Part shown: positions 32,442 through 46,631 of the stretch, one piece after another
Layout of the letters: each line of letters opens with the position of its first letter
Position numbering within the stretch: the first letter of the stretch is position 1
From: Monocercomonoides exilis PA203
Lineage: Eukaryota; Protista; Preaxostyla
DNA: 64,000 nucleotides
Assembly (NCBI GenBank): GCA_001643675.2
Contig: LSRY02000059.1
Location: 62,001-126,000, forward strand
Direction: 5' to 3'
Notes under the pieces: model-generated
What the model was told of the DNA's origin: nothing
The model's database searches: none
Seen by the model: the letters and a program-made list of their open reading frames with translations, nothing else
Made by a program: the position numbers and the translations under genes

Positions 32442-35400
32442 TTGCTAGAAAATACAGATACAATCAGATTACAAACCATTAAGTTCCAAAATACAGATAA
32501 TTTTTCACTTCATCCCTCAAATAAGCTTCAACCATCAGAGCATGGAACCAATGAACAACTTGAATTAGATAGAGATTATTCTAAAAAATCTATAAAGATT
32601 AACTCTGTACTTCAACAACCTAATCTTTTCACAAAAAATAAATATGGACCTTCAACGTCAAAAATGAAAGAAAATAGGAAAAACTCAAGTTCTCCTCATT
32701 ACAAATCTCCAATGTCAAAGAGCCTAGTCGAAAATACACGTTCTTTATCTTCGAAAAATTCTAAATCGAAAGTCATTCGTCAGGTTTCACCATCTCCAAC
32801 TTCTTCGAAGATGCATCCTTCTTTGGATGAAGTCATAAAAGAAGGAAGAGAAGTAATTCGGCAAAGCAAATCGCAAAAACATGCTCATTCGAGCGTATCT
32901 ATTGAAGACAACGAAGCACGACAAAATGAAAGAGAAAAATTTGCTAAACGTCGAACATCCGATGGATTTTCAGTAGAAATATTCGTCCCTGGAAATGGCA
33001 CTCCGCACAAATATTCAAGCGGAGCAGACGATCAAATGGTTGAACAAAAACTGGAAGAGCAAAGAATGAAACAGTCAGAGCTGGAAGTTCACAAACAACA
33101 AGAACAAACAAGCTCACTTGAGATTTCATCAACTTATTCTGACCAGCGAAAAAGGCACAAATACAGACATCATTTCCACTCTCCTGATCGGTCGGTTGCT
33201 GATGGTGACAATGAAGAAAGATTAAAGAGACACAAACGAGGTTCACGTCACCATTCTTCAGCTGCCTCTCTCTCAAGGCCTTTTGGAACACTTTCTGATG
33301 CGTCTATTCCGCTGACTCCACTTTCTGTCATTTCATCCTCATCTCATCGGCATTCGCGCAATCAATCAACACCTCGTTCGATTGCGTTGCCTTCGTCATC
33401 GACAATAATCACTTCATCCCCAAACACCCCAATTTTGATCAATGCCCCATTCACGTCATCGCCCCAATCACAACACTCACAACACTCACAACACTCACAT
33501 CATTCACATCATTCAAATCATTCATATCGCTCATATCGTTCACATCATTCAAATCATTCACGCTTCGACATTTCTCAGCACAACACCTCTCCTTCTGATC
33601 GCTCTCTCTCCAAAGCACATCGAGAACAGCAATCAGCCATTTACATTATTTCTCCGCCTAAACAGAATGAAGGCACAGCACAGTCACACAAACGAGTCCA
33701 CCATCACATTCACCGGCATCATCGAACACGCCACAGCCATCCACAGCAAAAGGAGCATTCTCAATCTCCGCAGGACAAAACAACGCAAGCTACTGCCAGC
33801 ACAAATAGAAAGAGAACAAAAGACGTACAATCATCTCTTTCAACACCCCAAAAGCAAAAAAGCACGCCGCAAAAACAGTCTCCTTCAAAAACGAATCAAA
33901 GCGGCCATTCTCATCGCACAATGCAGGGAAGTCCGAAAAAGGACAAAGAATTTGAACTCGAAAGCAGCAATAGGCAAAATAATCGAACAAATAATTTTTC
34001 ATCGGTAGATTCCCAAAAAACAAGATTATCTCCGCAACATATTGCAAACGATCGCAATTTGCCTCAAAAAGATCTTTCAGACAAAGACTTGCCTGGTCTC
34101 TCGATGTTTTTTCCAATTGAGCAATCTCCTGACTTGAAGAAGAAAAGCCAACCACGTAACGGTTCCACTGATCAATCGGATGAACCATCACCATCTTCGT
34201 CGCCATCGTCAATCTACTCCAAAAAGCCGTTGATCAACATGCACTTCACAGAAGAGCAGATGAGACAATCTCGCCAAGATCCTTTTGTTCCAAAGGAGAA
34301 CACAGACTTTTTCCCATGGGCTTTTCGCGAACAGAGCAATGAACAAGGAGTAGACACCAAAGAAGTGGCTGACAAAAATGAAGGAGAAATAAACGAATCA
34401 AGTTCAAGCTCAATTGAAACATACACAACAGAAACAGGAGGAGATGAGATGCTTTCCTCTTCTCTGTCTTCTTCATCTGTCTCAACGCCAACTTCTACTT
34501 ATTCAACAGCTTCATCCGCAACATCGTCTTCTTCCTCTTCTCTTCCCTCTTCAACTCCAACGAATCTGCCTCGTCCGTTTTCACGCGATGAGATGATGCC
34601 TCTTTCTTCGTTCAATCCTCGTTCTGCTTCTCAGCCTTTTTATTCTGCGCCAACACGAACATCTCCTCAGGCTTACCCTCTTTTGTCGCCATCTCACCCG
34701 CCTTATCCAACTTCACCACTGCCATTTCAGCCCTTTCCCGGACGTTTTCCTCCTCCTTCGCCTTCTCAAATCCCGTGGAGCCAGTTTCCTCCTTATTACA
34801 CACCTCAGATGCAGAACACTTCGCCCGTTCAGATTCCGCTCAGCGAGCAGCCACCGCGCAATCTCTCACATTTCTCCTCTCGTTCACAGCAGCCATCAAA
34901 TCATTCATACAATCACCATCATATTGATCATCATGATGATCATCATGACAGCAGTCATCATCATCACCACCACCATCATCACCAGCGATATCGCTCTAAA
35001 TCTCCTTCTGCTGCATCAACAGATTCTCTGTCTCGTATTCGTTCACGAAACAGTTCTCGCTCTCATTCTCATTCGACATCTGACTCTCGCTCTTATTCAC
35101 GTTCATACTCTTCTTCAGGCTCATCTCTTTCAGACATCACTTCAAATTCAAAGTTAGATGCACGCAATCACAAACAGCCTTCTTCAAATAAAAGGACATC
35201 TGAAACACCATCAAAACAAATAACCATAAAAGATAGCGCTTCTTTTGATGAGCAACAAACAAAGCAAAACGAAAGCCATCAAAATATTGCTGATCTCAAG
35301 TCTATGTCAACAAAAGAACTTCAACACACACAAAATACTTTTGATTCTCATCCAACGTCTTCTGATTCGAAAGAAATCGCATCGAACATTTCATTTTCTC

Positions 35401-38400
35401 AGCTTGTTTTTCAACCACAAATCGGATCAGATGCAAATTCGCTTCATGTTTCGCCTTCTACTTCGGCTTTTATCGAAGAAGAAAAAGAGCAACGAAACGT
35501 ATTTCATCCAATAGAAGAGCTTCAAATAGCAAACGAGGCTGTGCATTTTGAGAATGCGCGCCAGTCATTTTCTGTTCCAGCTCCGCCTTTCACTTCACCG
35601 CAATCGCTGACACTTTCACCATCACCTTCGCAATCGCCTTCTTCTTCACCAACAAGTTCGCTGTTTATGCTTCTGCCTTCAGCAACTCCAAGTCGGGATG
35701 CCCTTTTGCTGCCATCTCCAATACACTCTTCTTCAACTCTTTTTCCTGTCTCTTCAACTTTGTCCCTTCCATCGCATTCTCCTTCGCCTTCTCCACTTGC
35801 AATGCAGACAGATTCATCCAATCAATCTTCAACTCAGATTTCATCATCATCATATTCATCTTCATCCACTTTAACAGAAATGTCTCTTCCAAAAGTGCCG
35901 GAATCAGTTTCATCATTGAAATCGACCTCGCATCACTCTGACGAATTAAACGAAGCTGCTACACAATCACAATCTGTTCAGTTGACAAAATCTCAATCTT
36001 TGCCCAGTTTGCGATCACGCTCTCCCTCTCATTCAAAAATAGATTCTATAATTTCATCGCATAATTCTCTTCCTTCTCTTCCTGTGCTGGACACGCCGCT
36101 GCTTTCTCATTCTGCGACTCAACATTCTTCTCAAAGCTTATCTCGAGCACTCTCTCTTCCTTCAGTGCCTCTGCTCCCATTAAAATCTTCTTCATCCTCC
36201 TTATCAATCCACCCTTCAGCAAGCGCTTCATTTTCTCAAGAGCCACCAAATATGATCTCCTTATCTTCAACAGCAACCGATCCTTCTTTCGACAAGAATT
36301 TGCAAATTACAATGGAATTTGCTTCAAAATCGACAAAAGCCCTTTCTTTTGTGTCATCTTCTCAACAGCTGTCAGAAACATTCGAAAAGCACTTTGATGA
36401 ACTTTCTGATGGATCGACATATCAGCCTTTGCTTCAAACAGAACAAGAAGACAAAGCAACTCCACAAGAAATAGAAGGAACTCAATCATCACCATCAATT
36501 CTATCAAAAAATGAACAGCAAAAAACCGATTTTGTAACGGCAGCATTTCCTTCAATACTTTACTCATCTGCAAAAGACATTGATCATCTTCCTAACTCAA
36601 CTGCAAATTCTGCTTCTTCTTCAAAAGAAGCAAACAAAACATTCGAAAAAGAAGAAAAAATCGAGAAAAAGGATCAGTCTGCGCAAACATCAAGCACAAA
36701 CATACCACAATTGTCGAAAGAAGAACACATACGCAGCAACACACCATTCGATGCTTCAATTCTTCCAAATGATGACAAAGCAACAGATCTTTTGACGGCA
36801 CAGCTTCGATCTGCGTTCTTCCACAGTTCAACATCTCCACCGCAAATGTCACAGGAGCAATTGCCTATTTCATTTTCCCAGTCGCCCATGGCCCCTCTGC
36901 TTGCTCCCTCTTCCTTTTCTGAAATTCCCTCGCTCGTCTCTTCTGAGACACTCGAGCAAATTAGGCATCTTCCACCAGGAACTGCTCCATCGCCTACTTT
37001 GGAGCTTCTCATACCTTCCAGCTCTTTGGCCTCTCTGAAGTTTCCTCCTGTTTCATATTCGACTGCCACCTCTTCTGCCACAACAGTCCTTGTGCCTCCT
37101 CCAACTCCTTTGTCAGTTCCTCTTTCTAAGCAATTCTGTTTGACTGAGTCAACAGTTGCAATGTTGAAGAAAGTGTCCGAATTAACCTCTTCAGATTCCA
37201 TTTTAGAAGAGAATGCTGCCTCTTCAGCTGAAGAAAAGACAGAATGTGAAGCAAATGTTAAGACAGATAAAAAGGCAGAAAACGATGCAAAACCTGATTA
37301 CGATAGAAATGCAGCAAAAGCAATTGACATGGATATATCAAAAATCAAAGATTATGCACCATTTTTCAAAAAGACCGTTTCTGACAGAAGAAACGGCCAG
37401 ACACCACCGATGACCTCAAACACTGTGCACACAGTGAACTTCTCAGATATGGAAGCAGTGACACTAACCGACGACGAAGACTTGCTTTCGTGTTTGCGGA
37501 ACAATCAATTTTCATTTTCGCCTTCAACACCAACACCGTCTTCGGCGAGGGCGTTTCGGACAATGTTTACTCCATCTGAGATGTCCATCAGCGGAGACAA
37601 AGCATTCAGCACAACAGACGGAACAAAAAGTGACAGTCGGACTCCCTCAGACCGAAGGAAAAGAGAAAGAGGACAACGCTCGCCTTCTTCGCTTTCTAAG
37701 CTCAAAATGCCAGATGATCTTCTTTTTGAGCAAATGCACCACAGTTCGCGGACACTTCCTCAGATTGAAAACTTTCCAGCTCACACATCGTCGCCTGTCA
37801 TCCACATGCTGGCGCATTCTCACACACATCACCCGACCATCTCACGTTCAGGCGCTGGATCAGTCGGCTTGTCGTTCGAGGCAGCATATTCACCGACATT
37901 TGCCTCGACACCAATTTCATCTGCATCAACTTCGTATGTCTCATTCCCAATTCAAAGCGTGCCTTCAACAGCTTCGTTTTCTTCAGACAGTTCTTCGCAG
38001 AGTGATAAAATCAATGCTTCTTCTTCCCTTCAGCAGCGCAAGCTGTCCATCGTGGATGAAGAGAAAGGGGAGGCTAAAGAGGTACAAAAGGAAAATGAAG
38101 CAACACAGACGGATCCAATGAATGAACATGCTGTACCGTATCCACATTACAAGAACACGATTTTTAAGTCAGCCTGGTCGTCGCCTCACTTCCAAGCTCA
38201 GCTGCTTCCAAAGAATTGGCACGAGCTTGTTGTATCTCAGTCGACTCCTTCATTCTCATTTTTCCCGTTTCAAAAGTCCAAAAGCTTTGATCAGTCAGAA
38301 AATGGAACGAATAAACAAAGCCAGAAAATGGAAGAGACTCAACAGACACAAATCGAAGAATTGCAAGAATCTCAACAAACTTCGCTACAAGATACGAACA

Positions 38401-41400
38401 AGAGTCAACAGCAAGAAACACTTCAAAGCTCAAAAGGAAAACAGAATGAAGATGAAAAACTAGTTTCAGAACAGGAATTACAACAAAAAGATTCAATTTC
38501 GGACTCTGCACAAGAAACTCAGAGTCTTCATCATCTGTTGCACAGTCAAAGTCTGACTATTGCCCCATCTCCAAATTCAACTGCCAACATCTCTTCTGCA
38601 AGCTCTTCTTTATTGCCAACAATAAGTTCTGAAGATCGAGGCAACCTGAATGCAACGCAAAATGATTTTTCTCGCACCCTCACTTCCACTTCAGACACAA
38701 TTCCGCTCAGCACAACAGAAAGAGAAACAAGAACAGTGGCTCTTCAGCTTCTATCTCCAATAGACGATCAATCGATGACTCAAACATCAGCCTTCCCGCA
38801 GTTTGCTGAAACGACAACGCTTCCCCTGGAACAGGCACATCTCATAGAACAGCCTGTTGATTCCTCTGCTTCTTCATCTTCTTCCTCTTCCTCATCTTCC
38901 TCTTCAATTTCTCCTCCTTCATCTTCTTCTCCACAGCACTCTTCTTCATATGCATCAGAATTGAAATCTGCTGCATGGAATACAATTGCATCACGCAAGG
39001 CAACTCGAGTGACCATTCCATCAATCGTTGGGCACTCATCAACACACACATTGCTGTCCGATGAAATGTCGACTGTGACACAGCCGTCACGCCCTTCAAC
39101 CGCACCTCCAGGATCAGTCTCGTCTTCGGTGCTCTCTCGAATCAACATCTTTGACTCAGCCCCAACACTTTCTTCCATCTCTTCTGTTTCTCTTCAGCCA
39201 TTGTCACCTCCATTTGCAAGCAAACCTCTTCTTCTTTCAGACATTTTGACTCCACCGCTTTCTTCGATTTCTGTGACGCGTCCCTTGTCTCATTCATTGA
39301 ACAGAGCACATTCGCATCTCAGCTACAGAAAGACGCTGGAAAAGAGAAGAGAGGCAAGGAAAAAGCGAATGGCACATGGAAGCATTACCCGCTGTGCCAC
39401 AACTGTTCCTGTATCGATTCAGATGGAAGAATTGCAACAGAAAGAGAAATTGATCACGAAATTGATCCAACAAATGAAAGACTCCAAAAAAGAGAGAAAA
39501 GACACGCCAGTCACAGACTCCACAACAGTCGACATGCAATCGACACAAAGTCTTCATAAGGGAAGCGATTTCAATGTTCATCAAGAAGAAAAATCTTTTG
39601 AGCATGCAAATTCTTCGCATTCGTTGATTTCATCGATTGAAATACCTCTTCCTATGAGCAGAGAATCGAGCTTGAAAAATGAAAAGTCAAGTCAAAAAGA
39701 AGAACTTAAACCAGAAACGCTCTCTGAAGTTTTCTTATCAAAAGGAAAAAGCTTCAATGCAAATGAAGCTTTACAAAATGAGACTGAAGAAATTACAACA
39801 GAACCTGCGCAAAATGAATCTCTCCAACATTTAAATTCTGCTTCGTCGGAGTTTCCAGAATCTTCAGAAATGAAGCAAGATGAATCTCAGCATCAATCAG
39901 AAGACGAGGATGAGGTCCGATCTAATTCTCAATTCACAGATGAAATGCAAAAACATTCGCTTCAACATTATCAGACATCTCCACTGCCTTTGGCAGAAGC
40001 CTCACCTTCTTTAGGAACATACTCCTCATCGCAGCATCTTGTTACACCGAAGCACTCATATGTTCATCTCCACTCGTCGCTTGTGCATCTCGCAGAACAA
40101 GTCAAAGTGCTCTGCTCTTCTCTTCAGTCATCTCCTTATTCATCACAATCAAACCTTTCACAGAAGTCTTTGCAAGAAATACCTTCGGAAAAATCAAAAA
40201 TATTACCCACAACTAAAACGCCAAGTCGGATTGCTTCGCTTCATTCGAGTATGCCTGCATCTTCCTTCTGGGCTCTTCCATCGTCTTCTCTCTCTCGTAT
40301 GCTGTCATCCACTTCTGTTCAAAGCTCATTAGCCAGTTTAGATGAAAAAGACAATGACAATGAAGGAAATGATATTACCAGAGAAGAAAAGAACCCAGCA
40401 CCACACCAAACAGATCCGTTCAAAAAATCACAAAACGGTGATGATTTTCGATCACGTTTCACATTGTCTTTTGATTACGATGATATGTTTGCAGAAGAGT
40501 TGCGAAATGACAGCACGAGCGAACTATTTAAAGTTGAAAAGATTAAGCAAGAAGATAAACATCAGGAAGAATCGAAACAAAAGCAAACACTTGAAGTGCC
40601 TCAGCAAAAAGAAAAGGATTTTGAAAGTTCTTGTAAAGATACAGCTGACAAGGAATCTGAAAATTCTGAATTGCTCAATGAAAAATCAGATTCAACTGAA
40701 GAAAGTGCAAGAATGTGTGAACAAGAGGCTGAATCTTCGCAAACATTTAATAAAGAATTCGAAAGACAATCAGATTCCACAAGTGATTATTCTTTGAAGA
40801 GTGCAAGCGATTCAATGAATTTCAGTCAGCGTAATTCCAGTAAGGAATTGGAGATGGACGAAGTTAAATCGAGTGATAAAAACAGTAAAAGTGACATTTG
40901 TCCTAATGAGCAAGAAAGTATTATGAACATTCAAATTGTTCCATACGAATCTGCTTATCACTCGAAAGACACACTTGAAGAAATACATCCAATCGTTGAG
41001 GCAAAAGAAATGAGTGATGAGCTCGATCACCCTGATCCAATCGAAGCAGATACAAAAAATGACAATGAAGTTGAGGAAGAAGCAGAAGAAATAAAAGATA
41101 TAGAAAACGAAGAGAAAGAGGGTTCTTTATCAGATAAATCAACTGTGAAAGACCACCAATCGTTTGATGAATACTTTCGATTACTCGAATCAAATGAGGA
41201 CAACAATTCAAAAACAGCGAATGAGCAAACAGTTGAGGAGGATTTAACTCAGATCGAGACAGTTGACAAGGATTATGGCAATTCTATCGCCGAACAGAAG
41301 CAAAGATCGGAAGGAAATCAGTTATTAGAACAAAATGATGAAAAAAAGAAAATAATTTTGAGCAAAAAATCTGATGTCATTGATGAGCAAAGGCAAAGTG

Positions 41401-44400
41401 AAGCAGACATAATGATTGAACAAGATTCCGATGAAGATGAAAACATAAACTTCGTTGATTTAATTCTGAAAAGAATAGACGAAAAGAAAAAGAAACAAGA
41501 AAGCATCATCGCGGAGAGCGTTAAAACAGAGAAGACAAACAACAATGAGCCATTCCCCAGCAATACTTTCACCGAAGATAAAGTCGAACAGAATCCTGTT
41601 CAGCTGTTATCGTTTGCAGAAAGTCTGACGAAACAAGACGACAAATCCGAAGATAATCAACAAGACACAACAGAACCAAGCAAAATAGATGATGAAAGAA
41701 CAAAAGAAGTTTCATTGCAAAGCCAAGAATCTGATAATATAAGTGTTGCTTTTGAAAAGAAGACACAGTTTGAATCAGAATATTCAACATGTCATGCATC
41801 AGCTATTGAAGATGAAAAAGAAAAGTACGTTGAAAATAAAGATGACATTCAAAAAGATGAGATTGAAAGCGAAGAATTTGAAAATAAAAGACCAATTTCC
41901 GATGGAAGTACAATTATTCATTCTATTGTTGAAAATTTTAGCGATAAATCTGGAGATGATCAAACAAATTTGAGTTCATTTTCCTCTCAGCATTCATTTG
42001 CTTCTCGACAACATTCAGAAGAGACATCAACAACAAAATCTGAACATCAAAACGAAGAAGAAGAAATAGAGCAAAACGAAATTGATCACAGAAAATTTTC
42101 ATTTCCAGAACAAATAATTGAAGCTGAAAAACACTTTGACCAGGAACATGATTTTGACAATGAAGGAACAAGTGAAATTCATCAGGCAAGCCACGAACAT
42201 GATGTTGAAGATAAAGCAGATCGCATTCAAGAATTAGAAGAATGCGGAAAAATGAAAGTCCCAGAAGAGGATAATTACAATGAGTTAAACGTCTTTTCGG
42301 TACAAACGGAGAAATTCGAAGAAGAAAAAGAATCTACTATTGAAGAGGAAAAAGAACATGAAACGAACGAAAGGACAGAGGAAGCAGAAGAACTTTTGAT
42401 GTTCTCTGCTTCAACGACTTCAACAGATAATTCTGCTCTTTCTGGTGAAGAACAAAAGACTGAATCAAACAATAGCGATGAAATCAGCAAAGAGAATTTG
42501 ATAAACGAACCTACGTTTGAAGAGTCAATGGTTAAAGATGAAAAAACAGAATTTTTGAGAAGTCTACTTTCTTCTCACAGCGTTTCATCAAAAATGGAGC
42601 AATTCTCAGATAAAGATGATGAGCCAAGCGCAAGAACGAAAGAGGAAGATGAAACGAAAGAAATGGAAAATGAGTTCAATAAAAGTAATAGTTTAACCCC
42701 AGTAAATGAAACAACAAACACAAATGAAAAGATCGATGTTGATTCAAAAGAAATGCAATTTGATCTTTCCGGAGAATCAAAAGAATTCGAACCTCCTCTT
42801 CAATCAAAAGGCAAGAACGAAGATGAAAAAAACACTTTTGAATTAAGTCATCCTTCTCAAAGCCAAAGCGATACTTTTATCGCTTTCACAGAAGAAGAGC
42901 ATAATCTTATTATTCAGCAAGATCCAGCACAAAATGAAAAGAAAGAAAATGGGACATTTTCCAAGAAAAAGCTTGATTTAAGAGAAAGCAAAGATCCTTT
43001 GCAAACTTTGGCTTCAAATGAGGAAAAGAATGAAAATATAAAAAAAGACGATTCATTCCAAAAATCCGAATATTTGAAAGGTTTTTATCAAGAACAAGAG
43101 AGCTCTATCGCCGAATGTGAAAGAAGGAAAGAAGAACAAAATGAAAACGATGAAATTGAGAATGCTGAAAATTTGAGTTTGAACAAATTTGAAGCAGTGA
43201 TTGACGAGCACATTGAAGAAAAAAGAATTGAAGAAGGAAAAACAAAAGAAGTTATAGAGGAAGAATCCGAAGACGAAGAAATTTCTGAAGAAATGAAAAA
43301 TTGTCCAGCCAAAAGTAGTTTGAATGATTTATTGCAGAAACAAAGATCGAGTTTCACAAATGTTAAAGCGGAAAATGAACTTATAAAAACAAATGAACTC
43401 ATTTCAAATGAAGAAACAAGAGAAAATGAACAAATCCGTGGAGAAGAAGAAACTATAAAGCAATTGCTAGATTTTACAATTGAAAGCCCAGATGCAGAAG
43501 TCGAGGAAACTCATTCTGAGGGTAATAAAAACAGAGATAATGTGATCAAAGAAGAGAATGATTCAAAGCTTGATCATTTGGATGCTATTCGAAGAGAAGC
43601 TTTAAGAGTTGTTAAACAAATTGATGAAGAGGAAGAAAAAGAGGAAGAGATCATAAACATAGCAAAAGAAGCTGAAACAGAAAAGGACGCATTTTCTGAA
43701 TATTTGGATGATATCTTAGATTTGATTAATAACCATAAGAAATCAATTCCTGAGCAAATTCTAAGCAGCGTGGATGAATTGACTGAGGAACCACGGACAC
43801 ATTTTGAGGAGGAAAAGAAAGATGAAAATGATTTTGATCATATACTCGAAAAGGAAAAAGAAAAGGAGCTTTTCGAAAGCGCAAGCGAAAACGATCATTG
43901 CCAATTGATGGGCATTCTCGAAAGCAAAAAAGAAGAATTGGACGAAAATGTGGATGAAAAAGTTGAGAATCAAATTGATGAATTACTGAAAGATTTATCT
44001 CTCTGGAATAGAAATATTAAAGACAGCAGCCAAATTGAAGATATTAGCGAAGAAAATAAATCCTTGTCCAGCAATAAAAGTGAGTCTGCTGAAGCAATAA
44101 GAATTGCTGAAACAACTGTTGCAGAAGAGAATATTTATGAAAATGAGAAACTTGATGTGGATGAACAGAAAACTGAAGCATCAACTACAAAAGAATTTTC
44201 AACCGAAATACCAAAAGATTTAAAAAAAGATGATCAAAAGTTAGTTACAAAATCAAGCATAAGTTCGTTTAAAGAGTTTTCAAGTATTTCAAAAGATGAG
44301 GAAAATGAGAATTCTGAAGCTGCTGGAGAAATAGGAACTTTTGAAATAGCTGAATCAAATGAAAATTATTCGAATGGTGCATCAGATGCACCAACTACAG

Positions 44401-45932
44401 AAATTGCAACAGAAGAGAGTAACATGAATACCACCACAGAGAATGAATGGAAGAAAGAAGAGTCCAACGAAAGTGGTATTGATATTGATTCGATCCTCAG
44501 AGAATTTGAAGAAAAAGAGGAAAGCAGAAAAGAAGAAAATTACAGGAAAACTCTTTCTCAAATTGAATTGCCAGGTGAGTGTCAGTCTTCTGCAGACAAG
44601 TTTGATGAATCCTTCTTTTGCAGTGAATGCCATTCACCAACATTTGAAAACAGAGAAAATGAAAAACTTCAGATCCTTAATGAAAATGCCAAAAATGATA
44701 ATCAGATTAAAAATGATACAAAACTTGAAATTGAAAAGAATGAAGAAAAGATTCTGGCTGGGAAAAAAGAGTCTTATGTGGAAGAGAAAATTGGAGCAAA
44801 TGATTCTGTGACTCAATCACCAAGAAAAGAGGAAGATGAAACAGACGCTTCATTGCCATCATTTTCCTCCAAAGAGATGGAATTTAGCAGAGAAGATGAT
44901 GCCATATCATCATCTGAAGAGTGCTCCAGTGAAAAAATACTTGAAGCAAATGAAAATAACACAGAAGTGAAAGAAGAGAAAATGAAATTGGAGACAGAAA
45001 AAGAAAATGAATGCAGCAAAGAAATGGAACAAAAGGAAAAAATTGAGAAACAAGAAATTGAAGATGAAAATGATGATGATGATGAATCGGAATCAATGCC
45101 CTCGGAGAAGACAAAAGAAGAGACAACAGAAAATTCAAAAGAGACTCTTACAAAAGAGAATGATACGAAACAACATGAAAGAGAAGAAAATGACAAGGAA
45201 ATATTTGACAACGATGATGATGAGAACGCGGAGACATTTTTGCTTCCATCTGACGAGCAAACATTTACAGATGAATTGATGCTCAGACAACAGGATGAGG
45301 CCAAATGCGAAACAGAAAAGCAAGACGATCAAGAAATTGTCGAATTAGATCAGAAAGAAAACAATAAGACTTTTTCAAATGAAATTCAAAATCAAAACAA
45401 TAACCAGGCCCAGAAAAATGAACCATATAATGATGAAGGAGAGAGTTGCCATAAAGAGCAAGAGAAAAAAGGAACTGTAAAGCGCATAACAGAAGAGACT
45501 TCAAGGCTCAAGCAGCAAATCCAGAAAAATCAAGAAAAAGAAGCCGAACTTCGAAAGATTTTGGAAGAAGAAAGAAAAGAAAACGAGAAACTTCTCAAGC
45601 TTTTTGCCTTGCACACAAGAAACAAACGGGAAGATGTTATGCAAGAAAGAGCAAATGAAACTGAAAAAGAATCAACAGAAGATGACCAAGAAAATGCGTT
45701 CAATCTTTTTATGAGTAAAAATGATTATACAAAAGACAATAATGAAAATATCAGCGAAAAATCATCTGAAAACATTTATGAAAAAGAGGAGAATGAAATA
45801 AGTACATTTCAACAGAATTGCTTTTCCAAAGAAATTAATGAAAGAGTGTCACAAAATCACCTGGAAGATGAAAGAGAAGTCTTTGAAGAGGAAGAAGAAG
45901 GGGAGGAAGAAGAGGAAGAGGAAGAAGAAGAG

Positions 45933-45964
<32 letters not shown>

Positions 45965-46511
45965 AATGGCAGTTAAAGACGAGGATGAAATGAATGAAAA
46001 AGGAAGCAGCATGGAACCCAGTGAAGTTGATGAAGAAAAAGACATTAAAGAATATTTCGATGAAAGTACTTTTAAAAGATTAAGTGAAGAGAAAACTGAT
46101 GATCAAGAAGCTTTTTCTTCCCAGAACTCAATTCGTTCATTTTTGTCTCCTTCATCAACTTCATCACTAAATAAGGATGAATCTCAGATGCCATATCAAA
46201 TCCTAGCTCCCAAGACCCAACAACTTTCTTCTGATAATATTCCATTTTCAGGCTCAAACTCATTTTCTTCTTCTTTCTCTTCATCTCGTCTTTTCCCTCG
46301 TCAATTTGAAGGTACTTGTCCTTCAAGGTTTTCATCTTCCCGGACCGCAAAGTATGTGTCTTCTCTTTCTTTCCCTCTTTCTTCAATATCGTCCTCTTCA
46401 ACATCTACGCCTTATTCGTCTTTATTTGATGCCTTATCAACTAACACTGGAAGTACGCCAACACATTTTCTTTCATCGAATAAGTCATTATTCGCTAAAT
46501 CTTTTAAATAA
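32442..46511 (+). CDS. Giant (~4690 aa) low-complexity protein: His/Ser-rich N-terminal half, Glu/Lys-rich acidic C-terminal half
   Basis: 14-kb stop-free frame with a consistent codon bias. The true 5' end is uncertain: the ORF opens on TTG next to a possible acceptor, and the first in-frame ATG is near 32664. No globular domain recognised. Confidence 0.8.
33468..33560 (+). repeat. 9-bp-period tandem repeat encoding (S-x-H)n
   Basis: caacactca/catcattca/aatcattca/tatcgctca units give SQHSQHSQHSHHSHHSNHSYRSYRSHHSNHS. Confidence 0.75.
45885..45965 (+). repeat. (GAR)n poly-Glu tract
   Basis: gaagaggaagaagaaggggaggaagaagaggaa... encodes EEEEEGEEEEEEEE... Confidence 0.85.
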
Positions 46512-46631
46512 TTTATGTAGCATTTTTTTCTTTTTATTTCATGAATAAGCTTTATTATTCATTCCATTTTAATTATTTATTATGTTAATAAAGGTTCTTT
46601 GGATCAAAATATTTCAAGAAGTCGATATTTC

